Source of the DNA: Sedimentisphaerales bacterium
Lineage (GTDB): Bacteria; Planctomycetota; Phycisphaerae; Sedimentisphaerales; Anaerobacaceae
Assembly: GCA_963708075.1 (NCBI GenBank)
Contig: OY970194.1
Coordinates: 7,072,001 to 7,136,000 of the forward strand
Direction: 5' to 3'
DNA: 64,000 nucleotides
Under the pieces are notes generated by a model. The model was not told where the DNA came from. It saw nothing but the letters and a program-made list of their open reading frames with translations, and searched no databases. The stretch's first letter is position 1, and every line of letters starts with the position of its first letter. A program made the translations under genes and the position numbers. Shown one piece after another: positions 45,781 to 55,017 of this stretch.

Positions 45781-47219
45781 CACAAGCCACCCAGTTTCAG
45801 TACGTTGCTCTTGTGCTTCGGCTTCACCACGTGTGCCGCACAATCCAGGCACGGATCGAACGAGTGAATCACTCTCATCACCTCGATAGGCTGGTCGACA
45901 TTCTGCACCGGCGTGCCGAGTAGAGCCTCTTCCAGCGGGCCAAGGATACCCCTGTTGTCACGCGGGGATGCATTCCACGTCGTGGGACTGATCACCTGAT
46001 AATGCGAAATCCTGCCGTCGGAGATTCCGAGCCAGTGTCCCAGCGCCCTTCGCGGCGCTTCCGTCAAACCCATGCTCGCAGCCGCGTCCGGCACCGTCGG
46101 CGGCTGATAGACAGGACCTTCCGGAATGAGTTCGTCGAGCCACTCGCGTGCGGCCATCGCGATTTTCATCGCCTCTCTCGCCCGAGCCAGATGGCGGTCC
46201 ATGACCGAGATCCCGTTGCGATAGTCGCCATTGATCCACATGCGAGCGAGAGGTCCCACCTCATACGGCCTGCCCTCATAGCGCGGGGCCTTAAGCCAGG
46301 AATAAGCGTACGTCTTGGACGCCGGATCGACTGCCTTCGTTTGACCTGAAGCGGGATGGAGGCCGTCGGTGTTGTTTTTGAACCATGAATGCGTCACGTG
46401 CTCCGCAATGGAAGCGGCGTCAAGCGGCAGGGGAGTTGCAGAGCCCTCCACAACGTGGCCGCCGGCGAGCAGTTGATCGCCCCCGGCGTCATCCAGTTCA
46501 AATACGCCATACGCCAGGAGATTCCCATACCCGCGTCCCAAGCCGAGGTAGTCGCTGTATTGCGAGGCGAGCTGCTCGGCGTCCGGTATATACCGGTCCT
46601 GGATAAAGCCAATCAGCTCATTCAGGTAGGCCCTGTAATTCGCGATGCGCTCCGGCCGGGGATTGGCTGTGAACCCGCCGGCGATATAGGCCGGAGGATG
46701 GGGCAGGCGGCCGCCGAACAGGGCCCCCATCTCGTGACCTTTGCGCCGCATCTCAAGGGCCTTGAGATAGCCGGCCATGAGAGTGTCGGAAGCCTTCTGA
46801 TCGAAGCGTCTGTCCACGTTCCACTCCGCCTGCCAGGGAGGCATGGCGGGTCCCGCGATGAAGTCGGGCAGCGCCAGAAGGTAGAAATGCAGGATGTGGG
46901 ACTCGATGAAATTGGCGGCATTCACCAGGTTGCGCATGATCCGCGCATTCGCCGGCACGGCGACGCCGCAGGCCGCGTCGAGGGCTTTGACCGCCGCCAT
47001 GCCGTGCGCCACGGGACAAACACCGCAAATCCGCTGGGTGATATGCTGCGCATCTCTCGGGTCGCGGCCGACGAGAATATTCTCGATACCGCGGAACATG
47101 ACGCCGCCGGCCTGGACGTTGACCACCTGCTGAATGCCGTTGACGGTATCAAACTCGACCTCGACCAGCAGGTGACCCTCCACGCGGGTCACCGGGTCAA
47201 AAGAGGCTGTCACTTTCAT
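45780..47219 (-). CDS. [NiFe]-hydrogenase large subunit, group 1 (1a-like)
   Basis: DPVTRVEGH, L1 QRICGVCPVAH, SHILHFY, YSWLKAPRY, L2 SFDPCLDCAAH plus a 16-aa cleavable tail. Confidence 0.96.
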   Translation of the reverse strand: MKVTASFDPVTRVEGHLLVEVEFDTVNGIQQVVNVQAGGVMFRGIENILVGRDPRDAQHITQRICGVCPVAHGMAAVKALDAACGVAVPANARIMRNLVNAANFIESHILHFYLLALPDFIAGPAMPPWQAEWNVDRRFDQKASDTLMAGYLKALEMRRKGHEMGALFGGRLPHPPAYIAGGFTANPRPERIANYRAYLNELIGFIQDRYIPDAEQLASQYSDYLGLGRGYGNLLAYGVFELDDAGGDQLLAGGHVVEGSATPLPLDAASIAEHVTHSWFKNNTDGLHPASGQTKAVDPASKTYAYSWLKAPRYEGRPYEVGPLARMWINGDYRNGISVMDRHLARAREAMKIAMAAREWLDELIPEGPVYQPPTVPDAAASMGLTEAPRRALGHWLGISDGRISHYQVISPTTWNASPRDNRGILGPLEEALLGTPVQNVDQPIEVMRVIHSFDPCLDCAAHVVKPKHKSNVLKLGGL

Positions 47220-47232
47220 CGTTGCCGGATCC

Positions 47233-48123
47233 TTAAGTGTAGAAGTTTCCGCCGGGGAAGTCGGGTTCGGTACATCCCAGGCATACGCTGTTGGCGTCCA
47301 CACACCAGTTCACGCCGTTGTTCCATCTGCGCTTCCAGCAGTCGCTGAAGGCTGTTTTGCCGCGACAGCCGAGATCGAGCACGCAGCAGTTGTCCTGTCC
47401 GAAACTTGTTGCCATAGTGCTGTTCAGGCGTGGGCAGTTGTCGTGCAGCTTGGCGCCATAGAGGGCGACGGGACGGTCATATGCGTCCAGCTCGATCTTG
47501 TTGCCCAGAATCAGTTGCACGACCGCCCAGGTAATCCAGTCCGGGTGGGCCGGGCACCCCGGGATGTTGATGACGCTCTTTCCTGTGGCCTCTTTGACGC
47601 TGATGATATCCGTCGGATTCGAGCCGGAACGGGGAATGCCTCCGAATGAGGCGCAGGTACCGACGCACAGGATCGCCGCGGCATCCGCGGCCAGATCGAG
47701 AACGGCCTGCTGATACGTGACTCGCTGGCCGTCATAGGTCCACACTTGGCAGGCGCGTCCACCGAACGCCCTGGCGACGCCGCCCTCGAGTGCAAGGACA
47801 TATCCGCCACGCGCCTGGGCCTCGTTGAGCATCGTGACCGCCGTCTCGCCGGCGGAGGACATCACGACGGTGTGATAGGCGAGATTGATCGAGTGGACCA
47901 GAATATCGTCTGCCGTGGTTTGGCCGGCGTCCGCGGCCGCGTCGATGCGGTTCAGAAAGGAGATCGAGTCCCCCTGACATCCGCTGCCATGCAGCCACAG
48001 GACGGTGGGAGCCGCCTTGCCCGTCAGTGCGGCCTCCAGGCGTCCGAGTAGCAGGGGGGTAAGGTTGATCGCTCCGGCACAAGCGGCACAGTGTCTAAGA
48101 AAGGTTCGGCGAGTGAGATGCAT
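47233..48123 (-). CDS. [NiFe]-hydrogenase small subunit, Tat-exported
   Basis: TRRTFL Tat motif; CQGD, GTCASFGG, PGCPAHP, HDNCPR, C..LGCRG, C...WN, WC.....CLGC; no C-terminal TM helix. Confidence 0.95.
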   Translation of the reverse strand: MHLTRRTFLRHCAACAGAINLTPLLLGRLEAALTGKAAPTVLWLHGSGCQGDSISFLNRIDAAADAGQTTADDILVHSINLAYHTVVMSSAGETAVTMLNEAQARGGYVLALEGGVARAFGGRACQVWTYDGQRVTYQQAVLDLAADAAAILCVGTCASFGGIPRSGSNPTDIISVKEATGKSVINIPGCPAHPDWITWAVVQLILGNKIELDAYDRPVALYGAKLHDNCPRLNSTMATSFGQDNCCVLDLGCRGKTAFSDCWKRRWNNGVNWCVDANSVCLGCTEPDFPGGNFYT

Positions 48124-48186
48124 CACCTGGCTCCAACTCCACTGGGTGGAATGAAAACATATCAGCCCGGACACTACATGACTATT

Positions 48187-48215
48187 CTTATACCAAATCG
48201 ACCCCGGAGTGTCAA
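48187..48215 (-). promoter_or_regulatory. Near-consensus sigma70 promoter of the hydrogenase operon
   Basis: Minus strand TTGACA, 17-nt spacer ending TGG, TATAAG; ~65 nt upstream of the small-subunit ATG. Confidence 0.7.
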
Positions 48216-48618
48216 TCGCACTCGCGACGAATCTCCGTGAATCCCCCGTGAATTCAGGGGAATTATGGCATTCGCCATCGGCAATAGCGGTATTGCGACA
48301 TCCAGTATAAAATGATTTGGATTCGAGAGTTGAAGGGGACCTATGGACAGATTTCCCGGAAACTCAAAGGGGATTGGACATCTTGCCGGACGGGATGCCG
48401 GGAGATAAAATGGTGTCTGTTCGCAACTATGTATACAGGATGAATTTCGAAGGAGAATCGGCATGAGGCGTGCCATACACAGGATCGCGGACCGGCTGCT
48501 GCGCATCCGCAGAGGCAGCCTTGCCTTGATCGCATCGGCCGCCGTGGTTTTACTTTGCCTGACGCTGTAAAGAGCATTCACCGCAAGAACAGGATACTGG
48601 AACACGAGAGGAGCACAC

Positions 48619-50152
48619 ATGATGGGTATGATCAGAACCTTCCTTCGGGGCGCCGCATTCGTTGGTATTTGTGCACTTTGCTGGAGTGCGTCGGTTCAGG
48701 CTCAGCCGGCGGCGAGCGAGACGCAGGTAGTTCCTGCGCCCGGGCAAGTGCCGCCATTGCCGCCACGACTGCCCGATGGAATCCCGGCATTCCCGGGGGC
48801 CTGGGGCGGCGGCATGTTTACCACCGGCGGCCGCGGCGGCAGGGTGATCGAGGTGACTAATCTGAACGACGGTGGTCCGGGCAGCCTGCGGGCGGCCACC
48901 CAGGAACAGGGTCCTCGTATCGTTGTTTTCCGCGTCGCCGGCATCATCCAACTGCAGTCGAACATCGACATTGACAATCCCAATATCACTATCGCGGGTC
49001 AGTCCGCGCCGGGCGACGGCATTTGTCTGGCTAACCAGTCACTGAACATCAACACGCGCAACGTCATCCTTCGTCATCTGCGCGTGCGGCGCGGCCGGCC
49101 CGAGGGAGGCCAGGGATCGGACAACATCGGTGGCAATCCCCAGGAGCAGATCATCGTCGACCATTGCAGCACCAGTTGGGGCATGGATGAGAACCTCTCG
49201 CTCTATCGCTATATGAAACCGCTGCCCGGCGGAGGTACCGTGAAACTGCCGGTCCAAAACCTGACCGTCCAGTGGTGCATTTCGAGCGAGGCGCTCAACG
49301 CCGGCAATCACGCTTTCGGCGGCACCTGGGGCGGGCGGGACTCCACGTTCCACCACAATCTCTTCGCCTGCAACACGGGACGCAATCCCTCCATCGGCAT
49401 GTCCGGCGAGTTCGACTACCGCAACAACGTGATCTTCAACTGGCGTCACCGCACCATGGACGGCGGCGATGAGAACCTCGCTGTTGAACGTGATCAACAA
49501 CTACTATAAGCCAGGTCCGGCAGTGAACGAGAACATGCGGAGCACGATCGCCCGGATCGAGGAACGCAACATGTATTCTCCCGGCCGGCAGTGGGAAGCC
49601 GGCAACTGGTACCCCAAGACGGCCGGTCGCGCCGGCAAGTGGTACGTCGCGGGCAACATCGTCGAGGGGTTCCCCGATGTCACCGCCGACAACTGGAAAG
49701 GTATGCAGGGTCCTGAGGAGATCGCCCGCGTCAACACTCCGTTCGAGGGCTGGCCGGTCAAGCAGGAAACCGCGACGGAGGCCTTCAACTCTGTGCTGAC
49801 CAGGGCCGGTGCGACTCTTCCCCGCCGCGACGCCGTCGATGTGCGCGTCACCGAAATGGTTCGTACCGGCAGGGTGACGGTCGGAAACGGTATCGTGAAC
49901 GATCCGAGAGAAGTGGGGGGCTATCCCGATTACTCCTTCTCGCCGGATGATGTACCGATCGATACCGACCACGACGGCATGCCCGACGAGTGGGAGAAGA
50001 AACACGAGCTGAATCCCGCCGACGCGTCGGACAGCAGCATCGACTCAGACCAGGACGGCTACACCAATGTTGAAGAGTATCTCAACAGGACCAATCCACA
50101 TGAGAAGATCGACTACAGGAACCTGGGAAACAACGTTGATACGATGAGTTGA
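48619..50152 (+). CDS. Pectate lyase (PL1-like), secreted; one-base frameshift near 49475
   Basis: PAFPGA.GGG..TTGGRGG.V..VTNLND.GPGSLR, IAGQSAPGDG, IVDHCSTSW..DE, RNP; continues in another frame as TSLLNVINNYYKPG; C-terminal DTDHDGMPD/DSDQDGYTN.EEY. Confidence 0.9.
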
Positions 50153-50200
50153 GGCGCAGGCCCTTGCGACTTGTGTCAGCCCGCATCCTCACCAGCGGCA

Positions 50201-50237
50201 AAGAAAAAGGGCCTGTACCCACGAGGAGTACAGGCCC
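50201..50237 (-). terminator. Rho-independent terminator of the 50266-51831 gene
   Basis: Stem GGGCCTGTAC (50209-50218) / GTACAGGCCC (50228-50237); A-tract on the left reads as a U-tract on the minus strand. Confidence 0.85.
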
Positions 50238-50265
50238 GAGATTACCTTTACATTTAGCCTCGCAT

Positions 50266-51831
50266 CTACTTGGTGCCGGGCAGTTCCGCCGGCGCGATCA
50301 GGTAGGCTACCGCGTTGATGAAGATCTTCTGACCTTCGGCGCTGAGGTTCATGACACCCCAATTGGTCTTCTGGCCCGAAACCTCCTGGGTACCGGCACC
50401 GAAGAACATGCGTGTGTCAACCGGGGTCTGGGTAGAAGTCCCATAGAACGGCTTGCCCGCGGGCCACTCGGCGATCAGCATGTTGCCATTGTCGGGCCGG
50501 ACAGCCAGAACCTTACCGTTGCCGGCGTCGGCCGTGTTGATGAAGCTTGCATACCCGCTGGCTGCATTCGGATCGAACCACCGAACCACATCGTTGGCGT
50601 CGAGTGCCACGCCCTCGAAAAGCGGATGATTCGGATCAATGGCCTTGAGGTCGTAGTAGGTCTTGCGAGCGTCCTGACTGGTGCTGTTGATCCACTTCCA
50701 CCGGTTGCTGGCGGCGATATACGAGCTCATCAGCATGACGGGGCTCTTCACGTTGTCCCATGCGGCGAGTTCCGCGGCGTCCGTAGCCATCCCGGCGCTG
50801 TTGCAGCCGCGAGCAAGGATGACCAGGTCGGCCGCATCGAGAACCGCCAGCTTGTTCGGATCGAGGGTCTCCCAGTAGCTGACCCAGCCGGTCCCGACGA
50901 GGGACCCCGGCATGTAGTCCACGTCATAGCCTGCTGCCGTGAGCAGATCCACAAAGCCCTGATCGCTCGGCACGTTAGCGTCTGTCGTCGAGGGGTACAT
51001 CGCCGAGACGAAGACAATGCTCTTGCCCTTGTTGACCATGAAATTGACGGCGTTCACGAACATTTTTTCGCCGTCTGCGGTCAGATTGTACATGCCGTCA
51101 GGAGCATAGTTCGGAGCGGTGTTCTTGCTGCCCGTACCGGCGACGAATAGCATACGGGGACCACCGGCAGTGAAGATGCCGGCTTCAAAGAATTTCTGCC
51201 CGGCTTCCCACGTCACAATGGAAACCAGACCGTCGCTGGCACGCGTGGCCAGTACCTTGCCATTGCCGGCATCCGTGACATCCTTGACCCAGTCCACGTT
51301 CCACTGAGCGCTCAGAGCCTCAACACAGCCATTGGGGTCGATGGTTACGCCAGCAAACACGGCATGCGCAGGATCAACCACCTTGAGCTTGGGCTCTTTG
51401 GCCAGCACCGTTCCGGTGCCGTTCAGCCATCCCCACTTGCCGCCGATGCGTGACATGTGTGCGCTCAGACTGATAAGAGGGGTGCTCACGGCGTTCCACA
51501 GGTTCGGCTCATTGTCGGCCGCCGTGGAGTAGGAACCGCTATCCGCGTTGCGGCTCAAGATGATCAGGTCCGCCGCTTCCAGTTCCGCGATCTTGTTGGG
51601 ATCCAGGGTGCGCCAGTACTGCTGGCCGTCAATGTACTCGTTTTGATTCTTGTAGATCACGTTGTGTCCCTGCACGGTCAGCAGGCCCACCCAGCCCTGG
51701 TCTCCGGGTGTGTTCGGCTCAACGGAGCCGTAGCCCTTGTTGTCCGAAACCCAGATAATATTGGCGGCCTGTACCACCGAGCCCAAGGCCAGAACCGAAA
51801 CCAGTGACAATAACACGAGTTCTCTACGCAT
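50266..51831 (-). CDS. Secreted protein made of two tandem ~245-aa homologous domains
   Basis: Signal peptide; duplicated DQG.V.LLT..G, YW.TLDPNK.A.L.AADL.IL.R, DAGNGKVLA.R, NL.A.G.K.F.NAV; GGAGG RBS. Confidence 0.85.
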   Translation of the reverse strand: MRRELVLLSLVSVLALGSVVQAANIIWVSDNKGYGSVEPNTPGDQGWVGLLTVQGHNVIYKNQNEYIDGQQYWRTLDPNKIAELEAADLIILSRNADSGSYSTAADNEPNLWNAVSTPLISLSAHMSRIGGKWGWLNGTGTVLAKEPKLKVVDPAHAVFAGVTIDPNGCVEALSAQWNVDWVKDVTDAGNGKVLATRASDGLVSIVTWEAGQKFFEAGIFTAGGPRMLFVAGTGSKNTAPNYAPDGMYNLTADGEKMFVNAVNFMVNKGKSIVFVSAMYPSTTDANVPSDQGFVDLLTAAGYDVDYMPGSLVGTGWVSYWETLDPNKLAVLDAADLVILARGCNSAGMATDAAELAAWDNVKSPVMLMSSYIAASNRWKWINSTSQDARKTYYDLKAIDPNHPLFEGVALDANDVVRWFDPNAASGYASFINTADAGNGKVLAVRPDNGNMLIAEWPAGKPFYGTSTQTPVDTRMFFGAGTQEVSGQKTNWGVMNLSAEGQKIFINAVAYLIAPAELPGTK

Positions 51832-52148
51832 GACTGACCTCCTTCCAAACAGGTGAAAACACTTTTGCTCTGAGGTTGTATCAGAGATCGCCCTCGTTCA
51901 GATCCGAGCGCAACCTCCTCCCTTCTTGATAGACCCAATATGAACGAGTCTACCAGCATGTACAACAAATGATAATAGTGGTGCCACAACAATCCATTAT
52001 CATTATAGACAGTATGGTTCCGCGGGACAACCCAGTATTGCGTTTTTCTCTCGCCATTTTGCGAACACGGCCGGTAAATGAACGATATCATGGCCGTCAT
52101 CGGTGTCACTTTAAGTGGCAATTCAATGCTGTTTCATCGGAAATCCTG

Positions 52149-52178
52149 TTGCACAGGAGGGCGTCAACGTGATATACT
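52149..52178 (+). promoter_or_regulatory. Putative sigma70 promoter
   Basis: TTGCAC, 18-nt spacer ending TGA, TATACT. Confidence 0.55.
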
Positions 52179-52283
52179 TGAATCGGTGCCACACATCCCG
52201 AGGTTAGTCTGCGCTGTGGCGGCCTCAAAACCGCCATGAGTTGCTATCGGTCACTTGATACTCTGCTGCTATGGAGGTTGGTC

Positions 52284-54893
52284 ATGACACGAAGACCGTG
52301 GTCCTCTTCTATCATCATCGCAATCTGTCTTACCGGCGCGGCGAAGGCTGCAACCTTTTATGTGGACGCTTCGGCTGCCACCACGGGCAACGGCTCGCTG
52401 GCCTCTCCATTCAAGACCATCGGCGAAGCCATAGCCGCCTCCGCCATGGGCGACGAAATCAGGATCGCCGGCGGCACCTATGATAATGAACCGGCGAACA
52501 GGGCTCTCAAGAGCCAGCAGACTATCCGCGGCAGCTATGACAGTTCCTTCACCACTTCCGATCCCACAGTGACTCCGACCATCATCGATATGGCGAGCCT
52601 GACCTCCCAGGAGCAGAATCGCACTTTCCGGTGCCAGGCCGTCGCGTCCTTTACCATCGAGAACCTGGTCATCAAGAACTCGTCTACGGGTGAATCGGGC
52701 AACACGAGCAATGGCGGCGCGATGTATATTCAAAATGGGAGCACGGGCCTCATCCGTCGCGTCTCGTTCATCAATTGCACCTCGAAATTTGAAGGTGGCG
52801 CCGAGAACGGCCCGGCCCGCGACGGCGGCGCGCTGTGTATACGTGACGCTTCGACGGTCGTTATTGAAGACTGCGTCTTCGATGGCTGCACCGCCGTCGG
52901 CAACGGCGGCGCCATCACCATGCGTAATGCCGGGGCCGGCAATAACGTAAAGATTCGTCGCTGTTTGTTCACCCACTGCGGCTCCAGGAACGGCGCATCG
53001 GCCATCCACGATCAGGATGCGGTCAGCCAGATTGAGATCGTGAACTGCATCTTCGCCAATAACGGGGTGGATGTGGTCATCCCCAGCGGAACCGCCCCAA
53101 GCAACTATGAGATCAGAGTCACAGACAGGTCGGCCCTCGTCTACAACTGCACGTTCGTCGGCAGCAACAACCCGGACGGATTCATGTTTGACGTCAGGGA
53201 CAGCGGCAATCAAGCCGGGGTAAAGAACATCGTCAACTGCATCATCGCCAATAACACGATCGCGAGCGGTGGTTCCGACTTTGCCGTTTTCAAGTATGTA
53301 GATGATTACAATGATGTCATAACTCTCCAGAACAACCTGTTCTTCTCCAACTCGGGCCTGGATCCGCTCGACTATACCGGCGCCAACATCATCGGCGCCA
53401 ACGGCAACATCACGGGCGAGCCGCAATTCGTCGACGCGACGAACGGCGATTACCATCTGAAGGCGGGTTCGCCGGGCGAGGATGCCGGCCAGACGTTGGC
53501 GCTCGTCCCTGACGATTTCGCCAGCACGGCCCGTCCAGTCGGTTCGGCTTATGACATCGGCGCGATCGAAGGCCAAGCCGCCCCGGAGCCTCTTTCCTAC
53601 AAGGTGCCGAGGGTTATGGCCACAGCCTCCAGTTCGCTCAATGCCGACTCAGGCCCCGGGAAGACAGTTGATGGGTCCGGTCTCAATGCCTCGGACCAGC
53701 ATGATACGAAGGTCGCAAACATGTGGACGAGCGCCGTCGGTCAACAGCCGCCGGTCTGGATTCAATATGAGTTCGACACCGTCTACAAGCTGGATCAGAT
53801 GTGGGTCTGGAACTCGAATAGCGAGCTTGAGTGGCTTCTTGGCTGGGGCGTGAAGACCGCGACGATTGAGTACTCCACTGACGGCACTGCGTGGACTGCG
53901 TTGGCGAATGTCCCTCAATTTGCCCGGGCTCCCGGCACCGCCGACTACAGTCACAATACGACGGTGGACTTCGGCGGCGTCGCTGCCAAGTTCGTCAGGA
54001 TAACCTGCACCAGCAGTTGGGGGGGCGGGGGGCAATACGGTCTGAGCGAGGTTCGGTTCTTCTACATTCCCGTCTCGGCCCGAGACCCTAATCCGGGCAC
54101 CGAGGCCAAGGGTGTGGCCCTGGATACGACTCTGAGCTGGAAAGCGGGCCGCGAAGCGGCTTCCCACGAGATCCATCTCAGCACAGACATGCAGGCGGTG
54201 ATCGACAGCACGGCTCCCGTCGCCACGGTGAGCCAGGCGGCGTACACACCGGCGAACCTGCAACTGGATACCACTTACTACTGGAAGGTGGTCGAGGTCA
54301 ACCAGGCCGAAAGTCCCAGCGCCTGGGATGGCGAGGTCTGGAGATTCTCCACGTCGCCATATCTGGTCATCGATGACTTCGAGAGCTACACGAATGATTC
54401 GCCCAAGCGTGCCTTCCAGACATGGATCGACGGCTCAGGCTTCTCAGCCGATGAGTTCTTCCCGAAGGGCCACCCCGGCAACGGCTCCGGTGCCCTTGTG
54501 GGCTACGACCCGGCGGCCGGCCCCATCATGGAGCGCACGATCAGACACGGCGGCCGACAGTCCATGCCGGTTGCCTATGACGGGCCATCCGAAACCACGC
54601 GGACCTTTGAGCCGGTGCAGGACTGGACCCGCGGCGGTATCCAGGCGCTGGTGCTGTTCTTCCAGGGTGAACCGAACAACGTGTCCGGCGAGCTCTACGT
54701 GAAGATCAACGGGACCAAGGTGCCGTACAGTGGCAGCGCCGGTGATCTGACGCTGGCGGAGTGGAAGCAGTGGAACATCAATCTGCCATCAGCGGCGGGC
54801 CTCGGGGCCGTCAAAACCCTGACGATCGGGGTCTCCGCCGGCCAGGGCATCCTTTACATTGACGACATTCGCCTGTATCGTTCCGCTCCCTGA
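52284..54893 (+). CDS. Secreted beta-helix (DUF1565-like start) + discoidin/F5-8-like + Ig-like + C-terminal beta-sandwich protein
   Basis: YVD...GNGS.ASPFKTI..A, GGA repeats, GDYHLKAGSP..DAG...DIGA.E, WIQYEFD..YKL..M.VWN, YYWKV.E, IDDFESY...YIDDIRL. Confidence 0.85.
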   Translation: MTRRPWSSSIIIAICLTGAAKAATFYVDASAATTGNGSLASPFKTIGEAIAASAMGDEIRIAGGTYDNEPANRALKSQQTIRGSYDSSFTTSDPTVTPTIIDMASLTSQEQNRTFRCQAVASFTIENLVIKNSSTGESGNTSNGGAMYIQNGSTGLIRRVSFINCTSKFEGGAENGPARDGGALCIRDASTVVIEDCVFDGCTAVGNGGAITMRNAGAGNNVKIRRCLFTHCGSRNGASAIHDQDAVSQIEIVNCIFANNGVDVVIPSGTAPSNYEIRVTDRSALVYNCTFVGSNNPDGFMFDVRDSGNQAGVKNIVNCIIANNTIASGGSDFAVFKYVDDYNDVITLQNNLFFSNSGLDPLDYTGANIIGANGNITGEPQFVDATNGDYHLKAGSPGEDAGQTLALVPDDFASTARPVGSAYDIGAIEGQAAPEPLSYKVPRVMATASSSLNADSGPGKTVDGSGLNASDQHDTKVANMWTSAVGQQPPVWIQYEFDTVYKLDQMWVWNSNSELEWLLGWGVKTATIEYSTDGTAWTALANVPQFARAPGTADYSHNTTVDFGGVAAKFVRITCTSSWGGGGQYGLSEVRFFYIPVSARDPNPGTEAKGVALDTTLSWKAGREAASHEIHLSTDMQAVIDSTAPVATVSQAAYTPANLQLDTTYYWKVVEVNQAESPSAWDGEVWRFSTSPYLVIDDFESYTNDSPKRAFQTWIDGSGFSADEFFPKGHPGNGSGALVGYDPAAGPIMERTIRHGGRQSMPVAYDGPSETTRTFEPVQDWTRGGIQALVLFFQGEPNNVSGELYVKINGTKVPYSGSAGDLTLAEWKQWNINLPSAAGLGAVKTLTIGVSAGQGILYIDDIRLYRSAP

Positions 54894-54930
54894 CCCGGAT
54901 TTCGTTCTGACGCCCAAGTAAGACAGACTA

Positions 54931-54959
54931 TTGCATTTCAGGGAGAAAAGTGGTATCTA
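54931..54959 (+). promoter_or_regulatory. Putative sigma70 promoter
   Basis: TTGCAT, 17-nt spacer ending TGG, TATCTA. Confidence 0.45.
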
Positions 54960-55017
54960 GCGTTTATATCGGTGATAACAGCAGGATCTGCGACATTATC
55001 TTGATCGGTGAGATATC

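Noticed and set aside
45849..45851. Possible [NiFeSe] hydrogenase given the group-1a-like features
   Set aside because: The L2 first ligand codon is TGC (Cys), not TGA
48229..48296. Direct repeats (GAATCxCCGTGAAT) and palindrome GCAATA-gcgg-TATTGC upstream of the hydrogenase promoter as an operator
   Set aside because: Short, no cognate regulator nearby, could be chance
49460..49510. Programmed frameshifting in the pectate lyase, VKOR, 5015-region and FG-GAP genes
   Set aside because: No slippery heptamer seen; single-base indels in otherwise intact genes are better explained by assembly error or recent mutation. Needs reads.
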